Shown here: positions 7,301 to 16,629 of the stretch, in pieces
How positions within the stretch are numbered: position 1 is the stretch's first letter
Layout: every line of letters starts with the position of its first letter
IMG/VR virus record: IMGVR_UViG_3300020045_000647
Coordinates: 1 to 24,751 of that record
From: a virus
Lineage: Duplodnaviria; Caudoviricetes
Length of the DNA: 24,751 nucleotides
Direction: 5' to 3' (one strand)
Translations under genes and position numbers: made by a program
Notes under the pieces: generated by a model
Databases searched by the model: none
The model's input: the letters and a program-made list of their open reading frames with translations, nothing else
What the model was told of the DNA's origin: nothing

Positions 7301-8388
7301 TGTGCCCCTTGGCCCATAGCTTTCATCACTATACGAGAGCCTTTAAGCGCTTTAGCTCCTTGTCCTACTAAGGGAACATAACTTAAAGGGTCATAACCAG
7401 CACCGAGGAAACCACCAACAAGTAAGGCACCAGTACCAGAGGTAGCTCTTGTGGTCTCATCCATTTGTCGAGCCTCTACAGCTAACTTAATTAGAGTCTT
7501 TAAGGAAGACTTACTGGTAGCCCCATTGATAGCGGATATCTGGTCTGGTTGTAGCTTAGCTGCTCGTATAGTGTTTAAGTCTTCTTCATCAAACGTATAA
7601 GGATTATTGATATTAAGACGAAAGACATCACTGACAGAGTCGTCGGTTCCTTCCATGTGGAATGAGGCTCTTGCCATTGTCCCGATGGTACTTGTAAGGA
7701 ATGCTGTATCGACTGCTTTACTGGTCCCTTCAAAGATTCCTGTGTCATCACTTGGAGTACCTTGCAGCAACTCTTTTTGTCCAAACTGTAGGTCAGGACT
7801 TGAGTTGAGGTCATTTCCTTTGGAGGAAGACAGAAAGCTTACCGTTTCCGGTAGTCCCTCCCCTACTCCTTTAAGACCTTCTAAAGGGTCTTTACTTACC
7901 TTACCGAAGACCTTCTGGCCTAACAGGTCGTGGGTACTTGCAGTCTCCTTAGAGATAACATCTTGAAGCTTAGACACATAGTTTAAACCCTCTGGGGACA
8001 CTTGGTCATACTCGCCCATCTGAAAGGCTTCAATCTGTTTACGGCCCTTAGGTCCATCCCCTTGGTTATAAGCTAACAGAGCTAAGGCTTCATCCCCATT
8101 GTATTTCCCTAAGAGGTCCTTCATGTGTCGAGCCATGGCATCAACAGACTTAGAGGGGTCGTTAAAGTCAGCATCAGTGATAAGGCCATAAGCATTACCT
8201 GTAGCTGTGGTCATCTGGGCCAAACCACGAGGACCCGTAGGGCTCTTAGCTTTAGGGTTAAAGCTTGACTCTGAGTAAATCTGCTTATGGAGTAAGTCAT
8301 ATTTAATACCATACTCATCAGCCTTTTGTTGTATCAAGGAATCATAAGGTGTTCCTTTAGCTTTAATAGTTACATAATCATCTGACAT
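4390..8388 (-). CDS. gp16: Internal virion protein D with N-terminal lytic transglycosylase (T7 gp16 homologue)
   Basis: 1332 aa; SLT motifs YSESSFNPKAKSPTGPRGLAQ and ALLAYNQG; synteny. Confidence 0.95.
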   Translation of the reverse strand: MSDDYVTIKAKGTPYDSLIQQKADEYGIKYDLLHKQIYSESSFNPKAKSPTGPRGLAQMTTATGNAYGLITDADFNDPSKSVDAMARHMKDLLGKYNGDEALALLAYNQGDGPKGRKQIEAFQMGEYDQVSPEGLNYVSKLQDVISKETASTHDLLGQKVFGKVSKDPLEGLKGVGEGLPETVSFLSSSKGNDLNSSPDLQFGQKELLQGTPSDDTGIFEGTSKAVDTAFLTSTIGTMARASFHMEGTDDSVSDVFRLNINNPYTFDEEDLNTIRAAKLQPDQISAINGATSKSSLKTLIKLAVEARQMDETTRATSGTGALLVGGFLGAGYDPLSYVPLVGQGAKALKGSRIVMKAMGQGAQVAGLAVGSEFIRERTTGVDAHYAEAAVGGALFGAGLSGLMDVGARALSKRGVVPEADTVTPSVIRLEERESAINTNGADPTMRLDVVEDANFPSQVSTDGIEFKVHPTEEGAVVLSDGSVLSADNPLNPFNDLLEQGSSERAARGLKAGSLTEIGLTVGRSQDEEVRTIGSLLVRSPTGMESGSHGLTRAVASDIAERNNSLDRAMYSQLSDALDEAAGNPKFYHFTDKQALYEQAFKRVANAIENPHKPVHQRALQPEDMKLHGLLKEHFDRKLDMLMHPQQFGNKNAKPLLKGTRHEGTYLPVVYDDAAKKIQLRRFGSAEGLQEAIKNSWLASYHSVAEVKTRVDTYLKEVLKEKNIVETPESLKAELEEYSSKKAYGISHSDQFAYSSAVSEVSEDSLKGLENNSFLEARNLFDSDHPIMVADGGTFAVNDLRSYDMGTLIPSYDRRVNGDIAIMGATGQTTKDLKDVINTLQTKANSSGEGKLINEVAALTDVVKLLTGRARGNPDRLFGSILKVLMNSTFLSKNAYMGALNSTEIGGVVAKGHTMMLLKGVPILNDFMQRAKGAEASPSVLKEAHSILFGKELDDSLRPSSEHIRQSLRKASGAPDLIVNAVAGAKWATGEMAARFPMSKVLGSTTNYFIDAARQGYLSDIIDASFGKTQRRIKGNVLKSASVTDEQYEGVLGLIQDCFKRDNKGLVQLVDKEKFRTDPRSMDLWRLADKLGGDEAILRPTHIWNQSTRQSHPLLQAVTQFKMFALRSVNGKAVRAYNEATKNNRQVDMLLATSVGIGLAGMGHIATSYMKAQSLPESDRKAYLDKMLNPTMLAYAGISRSSILGAPLGLANIVGGPLGFDMGQDVRSSIVAKSPVGKGQEGLPLIYGPRGGGKFADRILDAIPSVGFAASAVQAGYNAAHLQSDDNKYWEEQGFKTGLYNGLKNIVPNDPITQRLLTEIMTEQGIKIDQSKR

Positions 8389-8420
8389 AGTTAGTTTCTC
8401 TCCTCATCTATATGTATGTG

Positions 8421-8470
8421 AGTGATAATCAATAAGGCCACTCTGTAAGAATGACCTTTAGTCTACCACT
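8421..8470 (-). promoter_or_regulatory. RNase III processing hairpin between gp15 and gp16
   Basis: AGTGGTAG-ACTA-AAGGTCATTCT-TAC-AGAGTGGCCTT-ATTGA-TTATCACT forms an upper stem, an internal loop and a lower stem, as in T7 R1.1-type sites. Confidence 0.8.
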
Positions 8471-10694
8471 ATTTGTATCTATCATATCCCATAAGTGTAG
8501 CAGGGAACTGATAGGATTCCTTAGGCCCTCGGTAGTTGATACCCTTTAGTTCTTGCTCTACACCAGCAGCTCTATCAGCCTCTGCTTTCTGTAGTAACTC
8601 TTGGTATTTACTCTTTAAGTCATCCTTGTGGATAACCATAGAGGAACCAGTGACAGTCTTAAACATGAGAGTTCCATTAGGTCTTTCTATGATAGACACG
8701 TCAGTTGGAAGGATATTTGGATGAGCTTTAATGAAGTCTTGTTTATAAGTCTCCATTAGTTCTCTCCCAGATGTCCACGAGTTGGTGTTATTAGGGTCAA
8801 CCTGTAGGAAGTTCTTTGAGACCATCCCAATGTTATCTGAAGCACCTCCAATATCCTCAGTCTTAAAGGGGACATAGTTCTTCTCTAAGACACCTTGAAC
8901 ATATTTAATAGCAGCATCTTCGTTACCTGTCATATCTATATTAGCGCTATACGCAGCATACATAGTATCTTTAAGCTGTTTGGGTAAAGCTGACAGGTCT
9001 TTATTAGAGCTGTTATTAAGGAGAGCCGTCCAGTTCTTCTCACGGTCTATCTTCTCTTGCATCGTTAAGTCTTTCTTTTTAGCCTCAGCAGCTGCAAGGG
9101 TATCCTTAGAGAAGCCTGCTTGTTGCATCAAGTCCATCTTCATGAACAGGTCCTGTTGCTCAGGGTAGAGAAGACCAACAGTAACAGGGTCTGACTTATA
9201 GAGCCTCTGTAACTCATCTAAACGAGGAGTCTTAGAGGTATCACCTGTAGTAATAGCCATCTTCCACTCTTGGGTAGCATCGGTGATGAGGGTACCTACA
9301 CGCTTTCTGAAAGGACCATTAGCCACATCTGAACGTAGTAAGGTCATACGTTTAGCATCTTTCTCCTCTTCTGTGATAGGGAGATTATTAATCATGTCTA
9401 ACTTAGAGTTTGCATAATTAGCTAAAGCTTCTGGTGTGGCCTTACCGGTCTGTTCATTAGTAGGTAACTGGTCTAATTCTACTGAGATATTCTCCCCAAG
9501 CCCTCTTCGAGTATACACATCATCTATCACCAATTGCATGTTGGCTGATTGAATCTGCTTAACAGTATCCTCTCTGATAGACTTAGCTTGTTGAGTCCTT
9601 TTGTTAACTAAGAATTCTCTCATCTGCTGAACCTGTTGTTTCTCTGGGGTAGCCATGTTAGAGGGTTGAGCAGCATATACCCTGCCTTCCACTTGGTTCA
9701 ACATAGCCTCAGCTCCTACAGTGTCTTCCATAGACTGTATGGTCAACATGTCGTTCTGAATCCCTTTGTTAAACTCCCAGTCATTCTTAAAGCGTGAGTT
9801 CTCAGATTGAGCTGTTAGAACATCCCATTGCTCAACTCCCATGTACTCTTTAGGTGTGGTCTTAGTCCCGTAGATGTCTAACTGTTTCTCACCAAGTTTC
9901 TGTAAGAACTCAGAGCCTTGAGGGTCACTCGCAGCATTCGTTAAGGCTCTCTGAAGAATCTCTTTAGCCATCTCAGCATTACGAATAGTACCATCAGAAG
10001 AGGCCATACCTTTATTCAAGAAGTCTACCATAAGGTCAGCTTTCTGTTGGCCTGTAAGAGAGGAGTCCTTAGAGATACCATCAGCCCTGTTAAGGTTGAC
10101 TACACGTCCTTGATTGACAGTCATCTCCTCTACCTTAGAGTCAACCTGTCGGTATATCGCTATGTTCTTAGCATCTACATTATCATTCCAACCTTCTCTC
10201 CAGTGAGCATCCGTAGGTTTAATACTGTAAGCCTCGGCCATAGACTCTTGGGCCTGAGCTGTTCTATCAGCCATCCACTTAGAGTATTCATCACGATTCT
10301 TAAAGTGACCAGCAGCAATCTTCTGGGAACCCTCAGAGTAGATACGGTCAGATTCCATAGCGCCTAACTTAGAGTTAAGAGAAGCTGTGGTATAAGGGTC
10401 ATCCTGAGCTAACAGTAAACCCTTCTGTCGAGCATCCTGAATCTGCTGAGGGGACATCGTACGGAGTATCTGGGCTACGTTCTTCTCGCCTTCCTTCTTG
10501 CGGTACTCATTGTACTGACCAAAAGCCTCTGTTGAAGTCTCAAGGAACTTACCGAAGGTGTCTGCAAGATTACCAGCAGAGGTATCCTTAACTCCTATAT
10601 TAACTGGTGAGTATGTTTGTGAGGAAACACCCTGTAGCCTTGCCTTAGCGGAAGGACTAATCTGAGAGAGTGCTTGTTGTAAACTACTTGGCAT
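8469..10694 (-). CDS. gp15: Internal virion protein C (T7 gp15 homologue)
   Basis: 741 aa; MPSSLQQAL...GLLLAQDDPY resembles T7 gp15; lies between gp14 and gp16. Confidence 0.9.
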   Translation of the reverse strand: MPSSLQQALSQISPSAKARLQGVSSQTYSPVNIGVKDTSAGNLADTFGKFLETSTEAFGQYNEYRKKEGEKNVAQILRTMSPQQIQDARQKGLLLAQDDPYTTASLNSKLGAMESDRIYSEGSQKIAAGHFKNRDEYSKWMADRTAQAQESMAEAYSIKPTDAHWREGWNDNVDAKNIAIYRQVDSKVEEMTVNQGRVVNLNRADGISKDSSLTGQQKADLMVDFLNKGMASSDGTIRNAEMAKEILQRALTNAASDPQGSEFLQKLGEKQLDIYGTKTTPKEYMGVEQWDVLTAQSENSRFKNDWEFNKGIQNDMLTIQSMEDTVGAEAMLNQVEGRVYAAQPSNMATPEKQQVQQMREFLVNKRTQQAKSIREDTVKQIQSANMQLVIDDVYTRRGLGENISVELDQLPTNEQTGKATPEALANYANSKLDMINNLPITEEEKDAKRMTLLRSDVANGPFRKRVGTLITDATQEWKMAITTGDTSKTPRLDELQRLYKSDPVTVGLLYPEQQDLFMKMDLMQQAGFSKDTLAAAEAKKKDLTMQEKIDREKNWTALLNNSSNKDLSALPKQLKDTMYAAYSANIDMTGNEDAAIKYVQGVLEKNYVPFKTEDIGGASDNIGMVSKNFLQVDPNNTNSWTSGRELMETYKQDFIKAHPNILPTDVSIIERPNGTLMFKTVTGSSMVIHKDDLKSKYQELLQKAEADRAAGVEQELKGINYRGPKESYQFPATLMGYDRYK

Positions 10695-10709
10695 TATTTA
10701 GTCCCTCCA

Positions 10710-11288
10710 TTAGTTTGAGGTTGATGATGCTTGGGAAGGAGCTGAGGTAGCTGAGGAGTAGGCACTTGCCATACTTGAGCCTGCCATGTACCCCTTGCCA
10801 GCAGCCGTACCAACTGATAGTAGATTGCCCAATACGTTAACCTTTTGACTCTCTTCTTGTATACCTTTAAAAGCTGCTTTACCTTGTTCCCAGTTACTAT
10901 ATTGACCACCTAAGATAGACGCGTAGTCTCTCTCATAGTTCTCTGTAACTTGGCTTCTGGCCCGTAAGTCCTTCCCTTCGATACTACGAGTAACAGCATC
11001 AATGGAACGGCCCTCAAGCCCAGACTCAGCGATACCTGCTGCAAGTGTAGTCTTATTCTTTAAGGCTTGGGTATCTAAATTACCTAACTCAGATGAAGTA
11101 GTATCCCATAGGTTACGGTAATCCTGTTGGCTCTGAGTAGCCGCAAAGTTCATCTGTCGGACTACTTGAATCTTCTGTAAGCGCTGCTGGTCTATCATAG
11201 CACCTTTAGCCTTAGCTGCCTCTTTCTGTCCCATAATGTTCTGAGCAGCAGAGGCTACAGCCATTGCAATAGGAACCCATACACACAT
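10710..11288 (-). CDS. gp14: Internal virion protein B (T7 gp14 homologue)
   Basis: MC-W-PIAM start and IAESGLEGRS motif; 192 aa; synteny. Confidence 0.92.
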   Translation of the reverse strand: MCVWVPIAMAVASAAQNIMGQKEAAKAKGAMIDQQRLQKIQVVRQMNFAATQSQQDYRNLWDTTSSELGNLDTQALKNKTTLAAGIAESGLEGRSIDAVTRSIEGKDLRARSQVTENYERDYASILGGQYSNWEQGKAAFKGIQEESQKVNVLGNLLSVGTAAGKGYMAGSSMASAYSSATSAPSQASSTSN

Positions 11289-11300
11289 TTAGTTACCTCC

Positions 11301-11750
11301 TTATTGTATGTTGAATAATAAGAAGTCACTATCAGTGTGAATCTCCTCAAAGGTTGCCCCAAGGAGTTCTAACAGTTTCAAATGCTGTGTGTTCTTCTTA
11401 TAGACTGTGTTATAGAGAGTTGGGTGCACATTAGTTAAAACATGATCTCTCATCTGTTTAATCAATCGGAAGACCTGTAGTTTCTCTTTAAGACTAAACT
11501 CAGCTACTTCCTTTGTTACTACGAACCATACAAGACCAATCTTAGAGAAACCCCCTACTGAATACACAATGTCATTCTCATCGAGTATTGCTAAGTTCTC
11601 TAAGTGAGTAGCCTCGTAGGCTGTTCTCATAGCATCCGTTGGGGAGAGACCAATTGCTGCTTGTATCTCTTCGATATCCGCAGGGTCCATTCTTGCAGCC
11701 ACACACCCAAAGTGCCATCTTTTAGCATAAACAAGTCTAAGCTTTCTCAT
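11301..11750 (-). CDS. gp13: Internal virion protein A (T7 gp13 homologue)
   Basis: DIEE..A, GG...VWFV, LYNTVYKKNTQHLKLLELLGATF match the gp13 family; precedes gp14. Confidence 0.85.
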   Translation of the reverse strand: MRKLRLVYAKRWHFGCVAARMDPADIEEIQAAIGLSPTDAMRTAYEATHLENLAILDENDIVYSVGGFSKIGLVWFVVTKEVAEFSLKEKLQVFRLIKQMRDHVLTNVHPTLYNTVYKKNTQHLKLLELLGATFEEIHTDSDFLLFNIQ

Positions 11751-12372
11751 GATTATGTATATCCGTTAGAATCTGAGCGGTTATATTAGAAGCATCAGCA
11801 AAGGACACTCCAGTTCCGAATACCCGTAGAATCTTAGCTCTCGGTGAGTAAACCTTAAGCCAGTGGTCCTCATGGGCCTCTTCGATGTGCTTAAAGTTAT
11901 CTACTACATACGCTGATTCCTCTTTACGTCCCCTTGAGACGCACGAGTCGAAGCAAGCCATGTAGTCACGCTTTAAGTACATCGCGTAGTCAATCTCTGG
12001 GTAATCTCCGAGTTCAACATCCATGTATAGGTTAATAGCATCTTTAATATATTCAGGTAAGCTACCAGCTTCCATAAAGATACTACCGGTCCATAGTGAA
12101 CGTTCCGCTATGATGTTCTTATGAGACTTCAAGGCTTCCTTCATGATATCGTAGTTCATATCTGCAATATACTTCTGGAATCTGATAGACACCTGTAAGT
12201 TATCTTGGTCGCTAATGAACTCAGCGAGTAACTCCTTGAATCGACTATCAGAGTCTGCTGGTTCTTCTAAAGCATACCACTCTTCACCAGTTACTTTTGA
12301 TAACATGTCAGCTACTTTATGTACTAATGTAGACTTACCGGCCCCAACATTAGCGTCTATTACTATAAGCAT
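11737..12372 (-). CDS. Deoxynucleoside kinase (dNK family P-loop kinase)
   Basis: IVIDANVGAGKST P-loop, EEP, FQxY, ERS motif and lid SRGRKEE form the full dNK motif set; SD GAGGAG upstream. Confidence 0.85.
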   Translation of the reverse strand: MLIVIDANVGAGKSTLVHKVADMLSKVTGEEWYALEEPADSDSRFKELLAEFISDQDNLQVSIRFQKYIADMNYDIMKEALKSHKNIIAERSLWTGSIFMEAGSLPEYIKDAINLYMDVELGDYPEIDYAMYLKRDYMACFDSCVSRGRKEESAYVVDNFKHIEEAHEDHWLKVYSPRAKILRVFGTGVSFADASNITAQILTDIHNHEKA

Positions 12373-12414
12373 ATCTACCAGACTCCTCTCTTTGTGGTTT
12401 AACTCAGAGGTGCA

Positions 12415-14811
12415 TTACACCCCTGAGGAACGTCTAATGTAATTACCTTCCCAGCCCGCCCCAATGATAGACAACGGGGAAGGGATAGAAGATGTTATTG
12501 TTATCTTAGCTATCTTAGCATCAGTTAGTACTGGGAACCTGAACTGTCCGGTATCCAAGTTGGTATCCCCAAGTATCAATGAAGGGGAACTTAAACGTCT
12601 ACCAGTCATCTCATAGGAGAACTCTTTGCCTGTTCCCTCAACTGTTACCTTGAAGTATCCTGAGGTGTCATAGTTAACCCATGCTCTACGTAGCTGTAAT
12701 CTCCCAATGTCCTCAGTCTGAGAAGCCCCATTAGGGCTCTCCCTTTTGATTAACAACTTGGAGAACTCGTAGACAAACTCGTAGGCTTCCCCTATAACCA
12801 CTTGTACTCCCTCTAAGTTCCCATTGAGGTAGAGGTTACCATCAGCACTCCATCCACCAACAGCAGGTGGCTCATGGATATCTAATGAACCATCGGGGCT
12901 AACCACAATGTATGTACCAAGGGCTGGAGTTGCACCATAGACGCTACTCAGAGCTATTGTTGTCAGATAAGTGTCATCATTGTATGCACCACTTGGGACA
13001 GTATAGATTTTCTTTCTATCCATATACAAACGATAAGGCTCATTCTCAAAGTCCTTAGTGCCCACTGAGAACTCAATGCGTTCAAGGAAGATACCTGAAG
13101 GTGAATCCAGTAGTACATACATATAGGCCCCAATGGCCTCACACGCTAACACTCTGTCATTCTCAAAATACTCCCAATGGGACCATGACTCTTGGGCTAA
13201 TTGTTCATTCAAGTATAGGAACTTATAGAAGAATATCTTGTTCTTAGCACCCGAAGTTAGACACGTTAAGAAGTTCTCAGAGGTTGTTCCAGATAACCGA
13301 AAGACCCCATTAGGTATATATGAGGGAACATGTGCTGATATATCCTCAGCATTCTTAATGTTAGTCACATCCTGTACAGCATAGTAGCGTCTGATAGACG
13401 AGAAGGTTGCCCTTGGTGCACAGAAGTAAACACCACGACCAATACCAAAAGGTCTTGCACCATCAGAGACTTCAAACTCAGTCGTCAGGTTTAACTCAAT
13501 GGACATCGGGGTAAGGATGCCAGAGGCTGATAGGACAAACTGAGCCTTATCAGACCACAATAATAACTCCTCAGCGAATGGTACTGCATGTTTCAATATG
13601 TTAATACGATTAGAACTCACAGAGACATCTATAGGGTCTGTATCAGCGAGATTCGCTACGGACAATGGGAACATCTTAAAGTACTCCCCAGAGCGGCTAA
13701 GGATAACATTCTCACCACTAAGGAAGCCTAAGCGATTCCGAAAGAAGAACACATCGTTAATCGTTGAGTCTACGAAGGAAGGCATTGGGTTACTATCATC
13801 ATCCCCACAGGTTCTTGTTGCCCATGTTAGTTGTTGTAACGTGAAGGAACCATCCACATTCCGTACTAAAGCCCAAGGCATTGTGGCTTGGTTTAGACCA
13901 GCCTTAATGTTTGGACACATAGTCTCCTTCCAGACCTTTGAGCTTGCATCATAGCGTACATAGAAGTCATCCTGAGAGCTTGAGGCTTCTCCATCCACCT
14001 TCACTATATATCCATCAGGTGCTATCGCAGGGAGGGCACTGAAGCGTTGTACGTCGAAGATAAACCCGGTGAGTAACTGGTGGTTATATCCATCCTTAGT
14101 ATCAATAGTGGTTATTGAGTCACCAGCCTTAGCGGTCACTAAGATATACCCTGAGCCTCGGCTTAGAGACCATCCCCAAGAAGTTACAACTGTAGGAGTC
14201 ATAGCTGTTATCAAAGTGGTTATCAAGTACTCAGTGTCAACCTTATTGATATCAGTGGCAGTGGAACCATCAGGTGTAGTGTAAGAGCCTACCAGTGTCC
14301 CGTTGATGGTAACTGAGAGAGTCTTACCGTATTGACCACCACGAACATTAATGATTGCCCTTTGGTTCAACGATGGGTATGAAGGCCATGTATAAGTCGA
14401 ACCTTCGGTAACTGTTACATTCTTGTTAATTATGAAAGTGTAATCAGCAACTGTGACCATCCTTAGGGAATCTCGTGGATTACTTGTAGTCACGTAAGAC
14501 CAACCAGAGGGGGCATTAACTGTCTTATAGTTACCTTCCATATCGATAACCTTAATGTCTGTCCCTGTGAAGATACAGTAATACTTCTCTGATTTATCTC
14601 TATCAATAACATGAATGAATGGATTATCTCCAAAACTACGAGAAGCCCCTATCCGAGCTAAGTGAATAGAGGGAGGTCTTTTCTGTAAGCCATGTACCTC
14701 AGAGGAGAACCCATTGACCTGCTTGTTACCTTGGTCTGGGAACTTTAAGATATCCGGCTGTTGACTTATACCTCCCTTAAGGTTCTTTATTGCTTGGCTT
14801 ACTAAGGCCAT
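12415..14811 (-). CDS. gp12: Tail tubular protein B / nozzle (T7 gp12 homologue)
   Basis: MALVSQAIKNLKGGISQQPD start, FFFRNRLGFLSGENVILSR, C-terminal GWEGNYIRRSSG. Confidence 0.97.
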   Translation of the reverse strand: MALVSQAIKNLKGGISQQPDILKFPDQGNKQVNGFSSEVHGLQKRPPSIHLARIGASRSFGDNPFIHVIDRDKSEKYYCIFTGTDIKVIDMEGNYKTVNAPSGWSYVTTSNPRDSLRMVTVADYTFIINKNVTVTEGSTYTWPSYPSLNQRAIINVRGGQYGKTLSVTINGTLVGSYTTPDGSTATDINKVDTEYLITTLITAMTPTVVTSWGWSLSRGSGYILVTAKAGDSITTIDTKDGYNHQLLTGFIFDVQRFSALPAIAPDGYIVKVDGEASSSQDDFYVRYDASSKVWKETMCPNIKAGLNQATMPWALVRNVDGSFTLQQLTWATRTCGDDDSNPMPSFVDSTINDVFFFRNRLGFLSGENVILSRSGEYFKMFPLSVANLADTDPIDVSVSSNRINILKHAVPFAEELLLWSDKAQFVLSASGILTPMSIELNLTTEFEVSDGARPFGIGRGVYFCAPRATFSSIRRYYAVQDVTNIKNAEDISAHVPSYIPNGVFRLSGTTSENFLTCLTSGAKNKIFFYKFLYLNEQLAQESWSHWEYFENDRVLACEAIGAYMYVLLDSPSGIFLERIEFSVGTKDFENEPYRLYMDRKKIYTVPSGAYNDDTYLTTIALSSVYGATPALGTYIVVSPDGSLDIHEPPAVGGWSADGNLYLNGNLEGVQVVIGEAYEFVYEFSKLLIKRESPNGASQTEDIGRLQLRRAWVNYDTSGYFKVTVEGTGKEFSYEMTGRRLSSPSLILGDTNLDTGQFRFPVLTDAKIAKITITSSIPSPLSIIGAGWEGNYIRRSSGV

Positions 14812-14831
14812 TAGGTTCCTCCTTAAGTATC

Positions 14832-15416
14832 TTAACGACCAACTGCCCCAGAGACGAATGGGTCATTGTTGTAGATGTTGTAATTACCATAATCTAACTC
14901 CCACTCCATGATAGCTGAGTGAGCTTCCTCTTCCTCGAAGGAAAGACTCTCATCGACTTCAGGTGCTCCAAAGAAGTTACGGTTAAACATTCTTGCAGAT
15001 TTAACTATGATGTAATCTCTGAACTGAGTAGGCATCTCTGAGAAAGGTATCAGCTTAATCATATTAACTACAATAGGGGCAGTGAACTCATCTGTAAGAT
15101 TCACTCGGTCATACACATAACCCCCACGGTTACGATAAGGATTCCCACCGGATACCTGAATGTCTAAGTAGGATGGTAACCAAGGGATTAACTTACTGAA
15201 GGTATCAGGTTGTAGTGTTGCTGCTTCAATGTTAAACGTCCACCCTTTAGATTGGACTGTGCGATTAACCTTGTTGAGAATACGTCTGGCATTCACTACA
15301 TCAGCGTTAGAGTCCCCCTCTAAGGTGGACACTGGGGATTCACCAATAGCTGCTAACAAATCGTTTACAGCATCGAGTTCATCACCAGTGGAATAACTTG
15401 TATCATATTCAGCCAC
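14832..15416 (-). CDS. gp11: Tail tubular protein A / gatekeeper (T7 gp11 homologue)
   Basis: ELDAVNDLLAAIGESPVSTLEGDSNADV...QSKGWTFN; GTG start after AAGGAGGT. Confidence 0.96.
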   Translation of the reverse strand: MAEYDTSYSTGDELDAVNDLLAAIGESPVSTLEGDSNADVVNARRILNKVNRTVQSKGWTFNIEAATLQPDTFSKLIPWLPSYLDIQVSGGNPYRNRGGYVYDRVNLTDEFTAPIVVNMIKLIPFSEMPTQFRDYIIVKSARMFNRNFFGAPEVDESLSFEEEEAHSAIMEWELDYGNYNIYNNDPFVSGAVGR

Positions 15417-15464
15417 TTAATGACCTCCTTATGTTATTATTTAATAATTGTCAATAGGTTAACC

Positions 15465-15510
15465 AAAAAGGCCCAAAGACTCGCACCTTTCGGTATAAAT
15501 CTTTGAGCCT
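15465..15510 (-). terminator. Tphi-like terminator downstream of the capsid gene
   Basis: AGGCTCAAAGATTTATACC-GAAA-GGTGCGAGTCTTTGGGCCT-TTTT: ~19-bp stem with G-U pairs and one mismatch, GNRA loop and short U-run, between gp10 and gp11. Confidence 0.8.
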
Positions 15511-15536
15511 CTTGAAGTTAAACTACTGTGTTAATA

Positions 15537-16568
15537 TTATACTGGTGTTGCAGTAATCAGAGCACCAGCAGCTTCTGGACGCAGGCCACCATGGCCCATC
15601 GCGTACTTAGCGATAATCTGGTCAGCTTGATACTCTGGACGACGAGCACGTTCCAGTGACATATCTTTCAGTTTCAGTGTAGCCAAAGCTGAACGATGGT
15701 TGAACAGACCTACTATGGTGTTGATTGCAACTGGAGCTGTAGGAGTACCTGTAGCTGGGAAAGCGTGTAGACCATCAGTCTGACCTTCAAAGCCAATACC
15801 AGAAGCACCACCAGCAGTCAGGTGAGGAACCTCTACCACAGTGAAGCCCATTACGTTGCGGATATTACCAGTTTCTGGGTCAATCAGTGCAGCGTAGTTA
15901 GCAGCATTAGGCATCAGAGCAGCCAGAATCGCTGAGTAGTTCTCTGGGGTAGTATAGAAGTAACGGTCACCAGCTGGTACATAGTTCTTAGTCATCTTAG
16001 CACGAGCCAGTGTCAGACCAGAAATGATAGCTTTACCAATTACAACTGGGTCAGTCTCACCAGCGATACCCAAAGGCAATACTGAAGCAGTGCCCAGACC
16101 AGCAATATTCTCATTAGAAGCAGCTGGCAGGTTACACAGCTTAGCCATTTCAGCTAAGTTAGCACCATCAGCAGCTAATGCTAATGCTTCACCCAATTGA
16201 GCTGAGTATTCTGCACGAACATCATAGTGATTCATTGCGTCTTCAATGTCGTAAATCAATACGTCATCAGTCAACAAGCCGTCAATGGTAATCACTTTCT
16301 CTGAGTGTTTCATAGCTGTGCGTTGGTCGTCCAGAGAATCACCAGCTTTCAGATATTTACCAGCTGAGCGACCCATAACTGGGAACGAGGCAGATTTACC
16401 ATTAGTGATGGTACGGGTCATTACTTTATCCAGAGTGATAGCACGACGAGTGAATGCCGTCAGTACTTCACCAGCAAACACCTTCAGGAACAATGACAGT
16501 TTATCTGTATCTACTGAGCCTTTACCTTGGTTTAAACCGATAGATTGACCGTTAGTCATAGAAGCCAT
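15537..16568 (-). CDS. gp10: Major capsid protein (T7 gp10A homologue)
   Basis: DKLSLFLKVFAGEVLTAF...GKSASFPVMGR...YQADQIIAKYAMGHGGLRPEAAG. Confidence 0.98.
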   Translation of the reverse strand: MASMTNGQSIGLNQGKGSVDTDKLSLFLKVFAGEVLTAFTRRAITLDKVMTRTITNGKSASFPVMGRSAGKYLKAGDSLDDQRTAMKHSEKVITIDGLLTDDVLIYDIEDAMNHYDVRAEYSAQLGEALALAADGANLAEMAKLCNLPAASNENIAGLGTASVLPLGIAGETDPVVIGKAIISGLTLARAKMTKNYVPAGDRYFYTTPENYSAILAALMPNAANYAALIDPETGNIRNVMGFTVVEVPHLTAGGASGIGFEGQTDGLHAFPATGTPTAPVAINTIVGLFNHRSALATLKLKDMSLERARRPEYQADQIIAKYAMGHGGLRPEAAGALITATPV

Positions 16569-16629
16569 ATAGTTTGAATCTCCTCATATTATTGTTGATG
16601 ATGATAATTATTGTCTCTTAAGTTTGACC

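Noticed and set aside
8405-8430. ATTATCACTCACATAC upstream of gp16 as a promoter
   Set aside because: Only a partial match with no TATAGG initiation region; overlaps the lower stem of the RNase III hairpin.
10694-10909. Alternative-frame minus ORF within gp14 (likewise 7575-7814 in gp16 and 23193-23426 in gp5)
   Set aside because: Nested in conserved genes, with no convincing SD or recognisable homology; not shown to be spanin-like.
11301-12372. Kinase plus gp13 as a DNA hypermodification module
   Set aside because: The kinase has dNK salvage motifs, the neighbour is ordinary gp13, and no base-modification enzymes are present in the window.
15511-15560. gp10B-type frameshift extension of the capsid protein
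   Set aside because: No evident slippery site, and only ~25 nt separate the stop from the terminator hairpin, so there is no room for a 10B domain.
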